Shown in pieces: positions 43,542-55,033 of a DNA stretch of 64,000 nt. Below the pieces are notes generated by a model. The model was not told the origin of the DNA. It was given only the letters and a program-made list of their open reading frames with translations, and did not search any database. Origin of the DNA: Deinococcota bacterium (GTDB taxonomy: Bacteria > Deinococcota > Deinococci > Deinococcales > Thermaceae). Within the stretch, counting starts at the first letter, position 1; the number at the start of each line of letters is the position of its first letter. A program made the position numbers and the translations under genes. The stretch covers positions 1 to 64,000 of the forward strand of contig JBGFRI010000005.1 in assembly GCA_041695225.1 (NCBI GenBank), in the 5' to 3' direction.

Positions 43542-44102
43542 TTAGTTTTCTTGAGCGCTCGACTCTTGACCCTCGACCTTCGGGGCCTCGCCGTTTCCCA
43601 CCACTACCCGCGCAGGCCTCACCAGCAGGTCGCCATACTTGAAACCCTGCTGGTAGACGTGCATCACCTTGCCGTCCTCGCCTAGGGCCGCACCGATGGC
43701 CTCGTGGTGGCGCGGGTCGAACTCTGCCCCTACCCCCGGCACCGCTTCTACACCCAGGCTCCGCAGGTTGCGGGAAAAGTTTTCCAGCACCGTCCGAACG
43801 CCTGGAATCAGGTCTTCGGGTTTCACGCTGGCAAAGCCTAAAGCCCGCTCGAGGTCGTCCTGGGTACTTAGCAGGGCCCGCACTGCCTCGAACTTACCGT
43901 TGCGCTGCGCAGCTTCCAGCTCGCTAATCATGCGCTTTTTGTAGTTCTCGAACTCGGCGTACAGGCGCAAGAACTTGTTTTTGGAGGCCTCGAGCTCGCC
44001 TTTCAAAAACTCCACCTCTCCTCTGAGTTTATCTATCTCAGCCTCCTGGGTTCGGCCCTGATCCGACGCAGACTGGTGCTGCACTTCTCTTTCGTTGCTC
44101 AT
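43542..44102 (-). CDS. grpE: Nucleotide exchange factor GrpE
   Basis: RLYAEFENYKKR, FDPRHHEA, RPARVVV. Confidence 0.95.
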   Translation of the reverse strand: MSNEREVQHQSASDQGRTQEAEIDKLRGEVEFLKGELEASKNKFLRLYAEFENYKKRMISELEAAQRNGKFEAVRALLSTQDDLERALGFASVKPEDLIPGVRTVLENFSRNLRSLGVEAVPGVGAEFDPRHHEAIGAALGEDGKVMHVYQQGFKYGDLLVRPARVVVGNGEAPKVEGQESSAQEN

Positions 44103-44174
44103 TTTCAAACCTCGGCTAACTCGGGGGAAGCCCAGGGCAGGAAATGTCGCCATTTCCCACCCTTCCCCTGCTCC

Positions 44175-46046
44175 TTAGTCGGCTGGCTTATAATCTGCGT
44201 CAATTACATCGTCGGTTTTTTGGGCAGCGGCGCCCTGGGATGCGCCAGAGGGCGCAGCTGCACCTTGCTCGTAGGCTTGCAGGGCCGCCAGCAGTTCCTC
44301 GGTTGCGGCGCGTAAATCGGCGTCGGAACCATCGTTATCCACCAGGGCCTTGGCCTTGCTTACCGCGGCCTCGAGCCTGCTCCTGGCCTCGGGAGTGCTT
44401 TGTTTTTCGCTCATCACCCGCTCGGCCTGGATGCGGGCGCTGTCCAGGCTGTTCTTCAGGTCAACATGTTCTTTGCGCTTGCGGTCGGCCTCGGCGTTGG
44501 CCTCGGCTTCCTTGATCATGCGGTCAATTTCCTGCTCGGAAAGGGTGGTGGTGTTCTGGATGGTGATCGAGGCTTCCTTGCCGGTAGACTTCTCCCTGGC
44601 CTTAACGCTCAAGATGCCGTTGCGGTCTATGTCGAAACTCACTTCAATCTGGGGCATACCTGCCGGCATGGGCGGGATGCCGTCCAGCCGGAAGCGGCCC
44701 AGGCTCTTGTTGTCAGCAGCCATGGGGCGCTCGCCCTGTACCACGTGAATCTCAACCGAAGGCTGGTTATGCTCGGCGGTGGTAAAAGTCTCCGAACGAG
44801 TGACCGGCACAGTGGTGTTGCGATTCACCAATACGGTTGCCACACCGCCTTTGGTCTCTACCCCCAGCGAGAGTGGGGTCACGTCCAGGAGCACCATATC
44901 CTCTACCGAACCGGTCAGGATACCAGCCTGTACCGCGGCCCCCAGCGCCACTACTTCGTCGGGGTTGACCGTGCGGTTGGGCTCCTTGCCCAGCATCTCC
45001 CGCACGATCTGCTGCACTGCCGGTACCCGGGTAGCGCCACCGACCAGCAGGATCTCGTGAATGGCACTGGCGCTCAGGTTGGCGTCGCGCAGGGCCTGTT
45101 CCACCGGGCCGCGGATCTTTTTGAGCAGGGGCTGGATCAGTTCCTCAAACTTGGCGCGGGTTAGCTTGCGCTCGAGGTGCAGCGGGGTTTTGGAAACCGG
45201 ATCAAGCCCAATGAAGGGCAGGCTGATGGTGGTCTCGGTAACTGCAGAAAGCTCGATCTTGGCCTTCTCCGAAGACTCAATCAGGCGCTGAAGGGCCTGG
45301 CGGTCGGCCTTGAGGTTAACCCCTCCCGACTCCTTCTTGAACTCCTCAATCAGCCAGTTGACGATGGCATGGTCCATGTCCGAGCCGCCCAGATGGGTAT
45401 CCCCAGCAGTAGCCAGCACCTTGAAGACCCCGCCCCCAATTTCCAGCACGGTCACATCAAAGGTGCCGCCCCCCAGGTCGAAGACCAGCACGGTCTCGTC
45501 ACCCTTCTTGTCCAGCCCATAGGCCAGGGCCGCCGCGGTAGGCTCGTTAACGATGCGCAAGACCTCCAGACCAGCAATCTTGCCAGCATTGGTGGTAGCC
45601 TCGCGCTGCGAGTTATTAAAGTAGGCCGGTACAGTAATCACCGCCCTGGTAATCTTCTCGCCAAGTTTTTTAGAAGCGTCATCCACCAGCTTTCGCAGAA
45701 TCATGGCCGAGATTTCCTCGGGGGTGTAGAGCTTACCCGCAATGTCTACCCGCACGCCCCCGTCGGGGCCCTGTACTACCTTGTAGGGGGCGCGCTTGAC
45801 CTCGTCCTGTACCTCGTCCCAGCTGCGCCCTATAAAGCGCTTGATCTCGAAGACGGTGCCCTCGGCGTTGAGCACGGCCTGACGGCGGGCCACCCGGCCC
45901 ACCAGCTGGTCCTTACCTTTAAAAGCAACCACACTGGGGGTGGTACGCTCACCCTCGGCGTTCTCGAGCACTACGGGCGAACCACCTTCCATGATGGCGA
46001 TCACGCTATTGGTTGTTCCCAGATCAATTCCTACGGCTCTTGCCAT
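44175..46046 (-). CDS. dnaK: Chaperone DnaK
   Basis: [25 protein letters not shown]. Confidence 0.98.
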   Translation of the reverse strand: MARAVGIDLGTTNSVIAIMEGGSPVVLENAEGERTTPSVVAFKGKDQLVGRVARRQAVLNAEGTVFEIKRFIGRSWDEVQDEVKRAPYKVVQGPDGGVRVDIAGKLYTPEEISAMILRKLVDDASKKLGEKITRAVITVPAYFNNSQREATTNAGKIAGLEVLRIVNEPTAAALAYGLDKKGDETVLVFDLGGGTFDVTVLEIGGGVFKVLATAGDTHLGGSDMDHAIVNWLIEEFKKESGGVNLKADRQALQRLIESSEKAKIELSAVTETTISLPFIGLDPVSKTPLHLERKLTRAKFEELIQPLLKKIRGPVEQALRDANLSASAIHEILLVGGATRVPAVQQIVREMLGKEPNRTVNPDEVVALGAAVQAGILTGSVEDMVLLDVTPLSLGVETKGGVATVLVNRNTTVPVTRSETFTTAEHNQPSVEIHVVQGERPMAADNKSLGRFRLDGIPPMPAGMPQIEVSFDIDRNGILSVKAREKSTGKEASITIQNTTTLSEQEIDRMIKEAEANAEADRKRKEHVDLKNSLDSARIQAERVMSEKQSTPEARSRLEAAVSKAKALVDNDGSDADLRAATEELLAALQAYEQGAAAPSGASQGAAAQKTDDVIDADYKPAD

Positions 46047-46088
46047 ATACCCTCCGGCAGCCGTGCTAAGCACGGCTCACTAGTCCAT

Positions 46089-46117
46089 AGAATAGCTTTT
46101 GTTAATCATATAGTCAA
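46089..46117 (-). promoter_or_regulatory. Putative sigma70 promoter of the dnaK operon
   Basis: TTGACT-17nt-TATTCT on the minus strand. Confidence 0.65.
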
Positions 46118-46121
46118 TAGA

Positions 46122-46142
46122 GTTGAGTGTAGTGTTGTCAAG
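46122..46142. promoter_or_regulatory. HAIR-like (HspR operator) inverted repeat
   Basis: GTTGAGT-N7-TGTCAAG versus consensus CTTGAGT-N7-ACTCAAG. Confidence 0.5.
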
Positions 46143-46179
46143 TTGGACTGCTCAGTCGGCGTCTCTTGGTGCCGTAATA

Positions 46180-46483
46180 AGTTTTCCATGAGCTGCGCGC
46201 ACCCGTGGAGACAAAACAGAAGGGAGTTTCTTGGCAGGTTTTAGCGAGCCGGGGATGCCTCCCTTAACAAGGGGGGTGGTGAGCGTCGGCGAGCCGGGGG
46301 GATTGTTCCAGGGAACACTCGCAGCGATTTCGCAGACTCTATAAATCACCGTACCCACCCTCCCGATCCCCCCAACCCCCCTTAGTAATGGGGTTTGAAA
46401 GAGCCCTGCAGCAAGGGAGTTTTCCATGAGCTGCATGCACCCGTGGCGAAGAAACGGAAGGGAGTTTATTTGGTAGGTTAGCG
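46180..46483. repeat. ~66-bp imperfect direct repeats flanking a REP-like inverted pair
   Basis: 46180-46246 and 46418-46483 both begin AGTTTTCCATGAGCTGC. Confidence 0.8.
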
Positions 46484-46703
46484 GTACCCAGAGGTGGTCC
46501 AAGGTTTGCAGGGCAGGGTCATCCGTTAGCGTGGTGGAGCCTGTAGTTCCGCCACAGAATGGGGTTTGACCCTTCTAGAATGCCCGCTGTCGGTACCCCC
46601 AGGAGCGTTTGCAAGCTACCCTGAGACCGCAGCGGCGCAGATGCGTTTGACATGGCTTGCACGATTGACAATCTATTGCCATCCGCTTTTGCACCGGAAG
46701 CCG

Positions 46704-47096
46704 CTATCGGCGCTTACGACCGCCCTTTCCGCCGCCAGGTTTTTTTCCGCCACCACTGCCGCTACCAAAACCACCGGAGCCGCGCAAAAAGCTTTTCAGC
46801 TTGTTCTCAAACTCGGGGGCCTGACGGGGCAGGCGCTTGGGCCGGGGGGGTTCAATGGGCGCCGGGGTAAGTTCTTTGATGGAAAGGTCTAGCCGGCCCT
46901 TATCGTCGCGGCCAAGCACCAGCACCGAGATCACATCCCCTTCATTCAGGTGATCGCGGATGTTTTTGACAAACTCGTGGGCTACCTGCGAGATGTGTAC
47001 CAGCCCCGACTCTCCAGTGGGAAACTCAACAAAAGCCCCAAACTCCATGATTCGCGTGACGCGACCTTCTACGATTGCACCGGCTTCAAGCTCCAT
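46704..47096 (-). CDS. Single S1 RNA-binding domain protein (YugI/YabR-like)
   Basis: FGAFVEF..GLVHISQV; FENKLKSFL; Gly/Lys tail. Confidence 0.88.
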   Translation of the reverse strand: MELEAGAIVEGRVTRIMEFGAFVEFPTGESGLVHISQVAHEFVKNIRDHLNEGDVISVLVLGRDDKGRLDLSIKELTPAPIEPPRPKRLPRQAPEFENKLKSFLRGSGGFGSGSGGGKKPGGGKGGRKRR

Positions 47097-47305
47097 TCAG
47101 GCCTTCCTCCAAAACGACGCGAAATCCCACAACCCTAGTGTACTAAAGCCGACGGGGTTCACGGTACGCCACTATATCATCTGCTGCTCATGGCACTGTA
47201 AAGGGCTCGAGAGTCTTGTTACTAGAACCGACTCCTCGAGTGCTGTGACGTATTTCCAACACTAGCTGTCCAAAGTGATATATTGAAACGACGGAGGAAT
47301 TCCAG

Positions 47306-48490
<1,185 letters not shown>

Positions 48491-48632
48491 GAGAAACAAC
48501 ATCCACCCAGCAGCAAAAGCAAAGCTAAAACGGGGTTTTCTACCAGACCGGCTATAATCCTCAGCCACCCTCTCGCCGGTGGCTTTATAGCCCCTGCTCC
48601 CCCAACCCCCTCTGCCCTGCTATCCTTTCTTC

Positions 48633-49697
48633 GTGTACGAGCTAATCAGACCCTGGCTGTTTCGCCAGGACCCCGAGTCTATCCACGAGCAGGTTATGCA
48701 TGGTCTGGCCTGGCTGGGGCAGCGGGGGCCAGGCCTGGAGCTGGTGCGACGTCTCTGCACGGTGGCAGACAAGCGGCTTGAGGTCAGGGCCTTTGGCCTC
48801 GAGTTCCCCAATCCCATCGGGCTGGCGGCTGGCTTCGACAAAAACGCGATAGCGGTGCGGGCCTGGCCTGCCCTGGGCTTTGGACATGTAGAGATCGGCT
48901 CGGTAACGGCGCTGGCCCAGCCGGGAAACGAGCGGCCCCGGTTGTTTCGGCTGCCCAAAGACCAGGCGCTGATTAACCGCATGGGCTTCAATAACGACGG
49001 GGCCGATGCCGTGGCAGCAAGGCTCGAGCGCTTGCAGCAGACCTTTGGCAGACCCTCGGTTCCGCTGGGCATCAACTTGGGAAAGTCGAAGGTAACGCCT
49101 TTAGAACAAGCCCCCCAGGACTACCTGCAAAGCCTGTCCAGGCTCTGGCCCTATGGCGACTATTTCGCTATCAACGTAAGCTCGCCCAACACGCCGGGGT
49201 TGCGAGCCTTGCAGGATAAGGACAGGCTGGAAGAGTTACTCTCGGCCCTGACTAGTTTTGTGCAAAACCGCAAACCACTGCTGCTCAAAATCGCACCGGA
49301 TTTGACCTGGGAGCAGATTGACGAGATTCTGGCCCTGGTGGAGCAGTACCGGCTTTCGGGGCTGATCGCTACCAACACCAGTATCAGCCGCGCCGGTCTG
49401 AAAACCATAATTAGCGAGACCGGCGGACTCTCGGGGAGGCCGCTGCAACAGCGCTCGCTGGAGGTGCTCCGGTATCTGCATAAACAGCTTAGGGGCCGCC
49501 TGCCGATTGTCTCGGTGGGGGGTATCTTCAGCCCAGAGGAGGTGTGGGAGCGGCTGGCCTGCGGGGCCACGCTGGTGCAGGTGTACACCGGTTTTGTCTA
49601 CGAAGGGCCGTGCCTGCCAAAAAAGCTGTGCAGGGGACTGCTGAACCGAATGACTAAAGCAGGCATCGGTAGCCTGGAGCAGCTCAGTCCTGGGTAG
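48633..49697 (+). CDS. pyrD: Quinone-dependent dihydroorotate dehydrogenase
   Basis: GLAAGFDKN, INRMGFNN, NVSSPNTPGLR, KIAPDL. Confidence 0.96.
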   Translation: MYELIRPWLFRQDPESIHEQVMHGLAWLGQRGPGLELVRRLCTVADKRLEVRAFGLEFPNPIGLAAGFDKNAIAVRAWPALGFGHVEIGSVTALAQPGNERPRLFRLPKDQALINRMGFNNDGADAVAARLERLQQTFGRPSVPLGINLGKSKVTPLEQAPQDYLQSLSRLWPYGDYFAINVSSPNTPGLRALQDKDRLEELLSALTSFVQNRKPLLLKIAPDLTWEQIDEILALVEQYRLSGLIATNTSISRAGLKTIISETGGLSGRPLQQRSLEVLRYLHKQLRGRLPIVSVGGIFSPEEVWERLACGATLVQVYTGFVYEGPCLPKKLCRGLLNRMTKAGIGSLEQLSPG

Positions 49698-50511
49698 CCA
49701 GCAGCTCCCGAATTTCCTGAAGCCTCGCCTCGGCGGCCAGCTCACCGTCGCGGATGGCCTGGCCCTGCTGCTGAAAACTAAACAACCCGATGCCCTCGAG
49801 GCTGGGTCTGAGTATCAGATCGGGCCGAGACACCGCCAGCTTGACTTCGGCCAGCCGGATCTGCATGATCTCGATGGACCGGTAGACATTCTGGATGGGG
49901 TTTACATCGGTTCCCCGCCGAAAAATCTTGTCCCACCAGTTTTTCTGTTGCGGTTTGTCGCGCAACACCTGCAGGGGGGTAACGTCCACCGCTATTACCC
50001 GCTCAGACCCCAAAAAGCGCGCCAGATCCACCGGAATCTGGTTCAGGATGCCCCCATCCGCCAGCAGTTGATGGCCTACCCAGATCGGGTTGATGGCCCC
50101 CGGATAGGCAATGGAGGCGCGTATAGCCTGAAACACGTCGCCCTGGCGAAAGTAGACCTCGGTTCCGGTGATCAGGTCGGTAGCGGTGATGCCGAAGGGA
50201 ACTGGAAAATCTTCAATCTGTCGTGGAATATGCGGCTCCAAGAGCCGCACTACCTCAGCAAAATTGAGCACGCCGCCCAGAGGGTTCAGATCCAGAAACC
50301 GCCAGATGGGCGTTTGCGACAAGACTTCCTGCACCTCGTCTGCGTTGTGGCCGGCGGCAAAAACCGCCCCTATCATGCTGCCCATGCTGGTTCCGGCAAT
50401 AGCGCTGGGCCTGAAACCTTCGCGCTCCAGTACCCGCATTACCCCTACGTGGGCGTAGCCCCTGGCGCCTCCGCCCCCCAGGGCCAGCCCAAAGCGCTTG
50501 AACTCAATCAT
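49684..50511 (-). CDS. Patatin-like phospholipase
   Basis: GGGGARG, GTSMG, DGG. Confidence 0.92.
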   Translation of the reverse strand: MIEFKRFGLALGGGGARGYAHVGVMRVLEREGFRPSAIAGTSMGSMIGAVFAAGHNADEVQEVLSQTPIWRFLDLNPLGGVLNFAEVVRLLEPHIPRQIEDFPVPFGITATDLITGTEVYFRQGDVFQAIRASIAYPGAINPIWVGHQLLADGGILNQIPVDLARFLGSERVIAVDVTPLQVLRDKPQQKNWWDKIFRRGTDVNPIQNVYRSIEIMQIRLAEVKLAVSRPDLILRPSLEGIGLFSFQQQGQAIRDGELAAEARLQEIRELLATQD

Positions 50512-50590
50512 ACCCTAGACTAAAGCAAAACCGCCGCGGCTGCCTTAATCCTTGGAAAAACTGGCATCCGGACAGCCCCCAGGTACTGCC

Positions 50591-50998
50591 TCATGCGGCG
50601 TCAAGGAAACGCTTTTTGAGCTCCGGGGTAGGAACCATGCAGCGCTCGAGCCGACCAAAAATGCGGTAGCGGTTTTTGGCAATTAGCCGGTAGGCCCAGT
50701 CCCGCAAAGGCTTGGGAAAAAACCGCAGCGCTGCCGGAATACTCCAGACGCCGCCCAGCCGATACAGGATGCGAAAAATAGCATCCGAATCGAGCCAGAC
50801 CCGCTCCCCCTCGATCACCACCACACCACCAGCAAGTCCCGCACTGGTGGGGATGCCATGCTGACGCAAAAGCCTGCGCCCGGCAGCAGACTGCTGCGAG
50901 GCAAACTGAAACCTGGCCCGGGAGTCGTGGCGGATGATGAATCGCACGGTCCGGTTACAGAGGTTACAGACCCCATCAAACAGCACGATCATCCTCAT
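50591..50998 (-). CDS. DCC family thiol-disulfide oxidoreductase
   Basis: FDGVCNLC; Y..IA.NRYR.FG. Confidence 0.9.
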   Translation of the reverse strand: MRMIVLFDGVCNLCNRTVRFIIRHDSRARFQFASQQSAAGRRLLRQHGIPTSAGLAGGVVVIEGERVWLDSDAIFRILYRLGGVWSIPAALRFFPKPLRDWAYRLIAKNRYRIFGRLERCMVPTPELKKRFLDAA

Positions 50999-51211
50999 GG
51001 CTTTAGCTTAGTACAAACCCGGGCTCGCTTTTGTAGGTTCGATTGCCAGGCAGGATGGGTTGGGTGGCGGCTAATCGGACGTAGGGCCTACGGATTTGTC
51101 CTCTGCTTTGCCTGTCCTGCCCTGCAATACTTGGCCAACCGGGATATTTGTAACCTGCTTGGCATCTTAGGCTGGTCGTATTGCTAGAATGTGCAACACG
51201 GGGTCGTCATA

Positions 51212-52186
51212 GTGAAACTCTTAGATAAATACGGGCGAATCATCAAAGACTTGCGGCTTTCGGTCACGCCGCGCTGCAACCTGCACTGCCTCTACTGTCA
51301 TCCCCAGGGCTTTGAACAGCCCGAACCCCCTGGCGTCATATCGGTCGAAGAGACCCGCCAGTTTATAAGCGCCATGCAACTCTTGGGCCTGGAATCGGTG
51401 CGTTTTACTGGGGGCGAGCCGTTAATTCGTAAAGAACTACCCGAGATGATTGCTGTGGCACAGGAGCTGGGTATTCCCGATATCGCCATCACCACCAACG
51501 GCCTGCTGTTCAAGCGCAAGGCCAGGGAGCTGCTAGCCGCCGGTCTCAAGCGCATCAATCTCTCCATGGACTCCGTTACCCCTGAGGTGTTCAGGACCAT
51601 GACCCGTGGCGGCGAGGTAAAAAGAGTCTGGGAGGCTATCGAAACCGCCTGGGAACTGGGTCTGGTGCCAGTAAAAATCAACGCGGTGATGATTCGTGGC
51701 ATGAACGATAAAGAGGTTATTCCGTTGGCCTCGCTCTCGCTAGACAGGCCTTTAGAGGTGCGCTTTCTGGAGTACATGCACCTTGATAACTCTAACCCCC
51801 AGCTCTACCAGCAACGCTTCATTGCCGGGGCCGAGACCAAAGCCAAAATAGAGGCCCACTTTGGCCCGCTGGACAAGGTCGAAAACGATCCCACCGCCCC
51901 TGCACGGCTCTATAAGATTCCTGGCGCAGTAGGCAGCATTGGCTTTATCAACCCTGTCGCCGAACCATTCTGTTCTAAGTGCTCCCGCCTGCGCCTGACC
52001 TCCGACAAAAAGATCCGCCCTTGTCTCTTAACCGACCTCGAGCTGGATATCGCCTGGGCCTTCAAAGCCCCTAACCCAGTTGAGGCTCTGGTAGACGCTA
52101 TTCTGCTGGCCACCGACCGGAAGCCCGCCTTCGGCAACACCCTCCCCACCCTGCGCGAGCGGGTGATGGTCGGAATCGGAGGGTAG
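51212..52186 (+). CDS. moaA: GTP 3',8-cyclase MoaA
   Basis: CNLHCLYC radical SAM motif, C-terminal CxxC-x13-C, terminal IGG. Confidence 0.95.
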   Translation: MKLLDKYGRIIKDLRLSVTPRCNLHCLYCHPQGFEQPEPPGVISVEETRQFISAMQLLGLESVRFTGGEPLIRKELPEMIAVAQELGIPDIAITTNGLLFKRKARELLAAGLKRINLSMDSVTPEVFRTMTRGGEVKRVWEAIETAWELGLVPVKINAVMIRGMNDKEVIPLASLSLDRPLEVRFLEYMHLDNSNPQLYQQRFIAGAETKAKIEAHFGPLDKVENDPTAPARLYKIPGAVGSIGFINPVAEPFCSKCSRLRLTSDKKIRPCLLTDLELDIAWAFKAPNPVEALVDAILLATDRKPAFGNTLPTLRERVMVGIGG

Positions 52187-52338
52187 CCTCGCATAATCTT
52201 TCGGCACAGTGGCGGTCGGAAGCTTTGCCGCTTTTTACATGAGTCACACAACCTGGTCAGGTAAAGCATCCGGGTGGTTCCCTGCCCATGCAGAGAAGGT
52301 CAGGTTGCTTTAGCAGGTAGAACGTAACTCTAGATCAC

Positions 52339-52468
52339 CTCCCCCCATTGCGGGGGAGGGCAGGGAGTGGGGTCTCGGCGCCAGCCGGGGTTTTCTCTTC
52401 GTGTCTTAACGTTTCGCCTTCGGCTCACACCCCCACCTAGCCTCCCCCCGTCGAGGGGGAGGAGCTAC
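52339..52468. repeat. REP-like inverted hairpin pair
   Basis: Shares motifs with 15656-15712 and 15828-15868. Confidence 0.7.
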
Positions 52469-52621
52469 GGAGGAGTAGTAGCTCGCATCTTTCAGTAGAG
52501 AGTTTGTCTGAATCGCAGGTCATGATGACCACTTCTACCAGCACTGAGGGCAAGGGCCGGACGGATAGCACCCCATATCCCGGTCGCGTAGCAGCAGTGC
52601 GGGATTGCTTATGATTTATTT

Positions 52622-53326
52622 ATGGACTACGACATAATTGTGGTGGGTGCGGGGTTTGCTGGCTCCGAGGGGGCCTACGCGCTGGCCAATAGGGGGCTGC
52701 GGGTGGGGCTGGTCACCACCAGTCTGGACTCGGTCTTCCTCCCTTTCACACCCATTCGTGCCCCCTTTCCTGCGGGCTCTTTGCTGGCCGAGGTGGGGGA
52801 AGACAACCTCGGCGGCTGGGAACTGCACTGTCGAGCCAAGTATAAGCTGGAAAACCACCCTCGGATTCACCTCTTACAGCTCTCGGTTACCCAGTTGTTG
52901 CTGAAAGGGCCGGCGGTGGTGGGCATCAAGAGTTGGGAAGGGCCACAAAAGACTGCCCCTAAGGTGGTACTGGCGCTGGGTAGTTTCATGGGGCCCAGGC
53001 TTTATATCGGCAGCATGACCGAGCAGGCCGGGCGGCTTTCGGAGGTAGCCTATCCCGACCTGTACCAGCATCTAGAGCAGCTCGGCTTTGCCTTCAATGT
53101 AGCCCAGGCCGAGGTTACTGAGCAGGGTGGAACCCCTGGTTATCGTGTGGAGTACAAGGTTTTTGCTAAGAGTGAGTGGGATCAGCCTTCCTTCCGGCTG
53201 CACCGCTTGGCCGGTCTGTACGGACTGGGCCTGTGTGTACTGGGCCAGGGAACCTATTCTGGCATGGCCGAAGAAGGGTTGCGCCTGGCAGTAGCCCTGA
53301 GCCAACCACCGCATTCCCGTGGCTAG
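52622..53326 (+). CDS. Short GidA-related FAD-dependent oxidoreductase
   Basis: VVGAGFAGSE; LYIG..AGR.SE; too short for full MnmG. Confidence 0.8.
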   Translation: MDYDIIVVGAGFAGSEGAYALANRGLRVGLVTTSLDSVFLPFTPIRAPFPAGSLLAEVGEDNLGGWELHCRAKYKLENHPRIHLLQLSVTQLLLKGPAVVGIKSWEGPQKTAPKVVLALGSFMGPRLYIGSMTEQAGRLSEVAYPDLYQHLEQLGFAFNVAQAEVTEQGGTPGYRVEYKVFAKSEWDQPSFRLHRLAGLYGLGLCVLGQGTYSGMAEEGLRLAVALSQPPHSRG

Positions 53327-53506
53327 CCAACCCTATTTCAATGGGAACTGGCGCTGTTCGAGCAGTTTGTGCGACTTGCCATCCAGCCGCAGTAACGGAC
53401 AGTCCTCGTAGTTTTCGCCGGCCAAAAGCCCCTTGGTAGATCAGATTGTCGGTTTGTGGTGGGTAAAGTCGCGACTCAGCGCCCAGACGGGCTCGGCGGG
53501 ATTCAG

Positions 53507-53592
53507 TCCAAACCAGGCCACCAGCCGCTATAGCCCACCCTCGTGCGCCAGAGCACCAGCAAAGGCAAGTCGGCTGTATTTGGTTGTTATGT
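53507..53592 (-). other. Degenerate attC site closing the hicBA cassette
   Basis: ACATAAC-AACCA-AATACAGC-CGAC ... GCGGCTGGTGGCCTG-GTTTGGA. Confidence 0.5.
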
Positions 53593-53602
53593 GACGGGTG
53601 TT

Positions 53603-53824
53603 CTAGATGGCAGCGACGAATTCATTGACCGTGAGATTAGCCGAGCGGATCAGGCTACGGAGTGTGCCCTTGGCAACCTCTTTGTCGTCGGGGACACAGA
53701 GCGTCACTAGCTCGCCCTCTTTAGTCATGATAATGTGGCTGCCGCGTTGGCGGGCGACCGCCCATCCGAAGGACTCGAAGACCCGGACCACCTCGCGCCC
53801 GCTTAAGGCTGGCAGCGAGGCCAT
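53603..53824 (-). CDS. hicA: HicA family toxin
   Basis: GW...RQRGSH; GTLRSLIR. Confidence 0.92.
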   Translation of the reverse strand: MASLPALSGREVVRVFESFGWAVARQRGSHIIMTKEGELVTLCVPDDKEVAKGTLRSLIRSANLTVNEFVAAI

Positions 53825-54030
53825 TACGCTGCAACCTCTACCTGGCGTGTCTCGATAGTCAGTGGCATCCCTTTCTCGGCACGCACTTCTAGACATAGCG
53901 CAATGGCTTCTTTAATGTTTTCCAGCGCTTCGTCCTTCGTCGCCCCTTGGCTTACGCAGCCGGGGATCGCCGGGCACTCGACTACCCAGACCCCATCTTC
54001 GTCCCGATCAAGCGTTACGCTGAATTTCAT
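53824..54030 (-). CDS. hicB: HicB family antitoxin (short form)
   Basis: P.IPGCVSQG.T..EA..NI.EAI; GGAGG RBS; 1-nt TAATG overlap with hicA. Confidence 0.92.
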   Translation of the reverse strand: MKFSVTLDRDEDGVWVVECPAIPGCVSQGATKDEALENIKEAIALCLEVRAEKGMPLTIETRQVEVAA

Positions 54031-54080
54031 ATCCACCTCCGTCACATAATCATGTCAAAACACCATAAATGCAGCAAGAC

Positions 54081-54142
54081 TTCTAACGGCACGCGCTTCA
54101 GCCGCCGGGCGAAGCGAGGTCGGCTGCAAGCACATGTTAGCC
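54081..54142 (-). other. attC site closing the hydrolase cassette
   Basis: GGCTAAC-ATGTG-CTTGCAGC-CGAC..CGGCTGAAG-CGCGTGCC-GTTAGAA; the gene's stop codon lies in R''. Confidence 0.88.
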
Positions 54143-54868
54143 GCCGTTTCCATCAAACTTCCACATCAGAACGTTATCTGTGCCGTGCGGTGACTCCGCC
54201 AACAGTTCGCCGTCGGCATTGACAACCATTGCGCCACCAAAAGATGGGGCGTCGGTGTTTATCTCAAGCGCATTTACAATCAGCGTGGTTACACTTACTG
54301 CTTTGACGGCTTCAATGTACAGTTGTCGCTCTTCGGAAGTCCATCGGTCAATATCGGGCGAGCATTTATCGAAACTGCGCGCCATCGGCACAACTAGCAT
54401 GTTCAACGAAGGATCCAATCTTTGTACTATCTCTTTGTTGAACAAGTCGCCGCAAATTAGTAGCCCCAGCCGCCCCAAGTCGGTATCAACGCTGTCTACA
54501 GTATCGCCATTTACAAAGGGCGGTTTTTCTTCAACCTTCCGATGTCTGAGGATGACCTTGCCTGTTCTATCCAGTAATACCGCCGTATTGTACACGCCCG
54601 ACTCTGCACGTTCTAACACTCCGAAGCAAAAGTATGTTGCATACGTTCTCGCAAATTGCTCGATTTGTTCGGTGCTAGGCCCAGGTATGGACTCCGCAAA
54701 CTGCCTAAAATCATTTTCGTCGTATAAGTAGCCCGTCAAAGTACATTCGGGCAAGCAAACCAGATCGGGCTGATGGTGTGCTATCTCTGCAAGACGCTGC
54801 GCTAGGCGGTCCAAGTTTGCAGACGGGTTACGGGGTTCGGTTTTGAGCGGAATAAGGCAAACAAGCAT
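54137..54868 (-). CDS. Carbon-nitrogen hydrolase (nitrilase superfamily)
   Basis: LPE, HRK, LICGD (Glu-Lys-Cys triad). Confidence 0.9.
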   Translation of the reverse strand: MLVCLIPLKTEPRNPSANLDRLAQRLAEIAHHQPDLVCLPECTLTGYLYDENDFRQFAESIPGPSTEQIEQFARTYATYFCFGVLERAESGVYNTAVLLDRTGKVILRHRKVEEKPPFVNGDTVDSVDTDLGRLGLLICGDLFNKEIVQRLDPSLNMLVVPMARSFDKCSPDIDRWTSEERQLYIEAVKAVSVTTLIVNALEINTDAPSFGGAMVVNADGELLAESPHGTDNVLMWKFDGNGG

Positions 54869-54905
54869 ACTTGCAGACCCTTGATTACGTATGAACGTAG
54901 GCGGC

Positions 54906-55033
54906 TAACTAGCAGTTATACCGCACCTGCGGCATAACACACCAGAAATGTTATCAGTTTCCATCGGAAAAAGCACCCACACCGCTTTTCCCTGTAATCC
55001 ATAGCGATTGGTAATACCTGGGGCGAACACCGC
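54906..55033 (-). repeat. attI-like sequence, copy 1
   Basis: Ends GTATAAC-TGCTA-GTT at the cassette junction; roughly 90% identical to 55683-55811. Confidence 0.75.
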
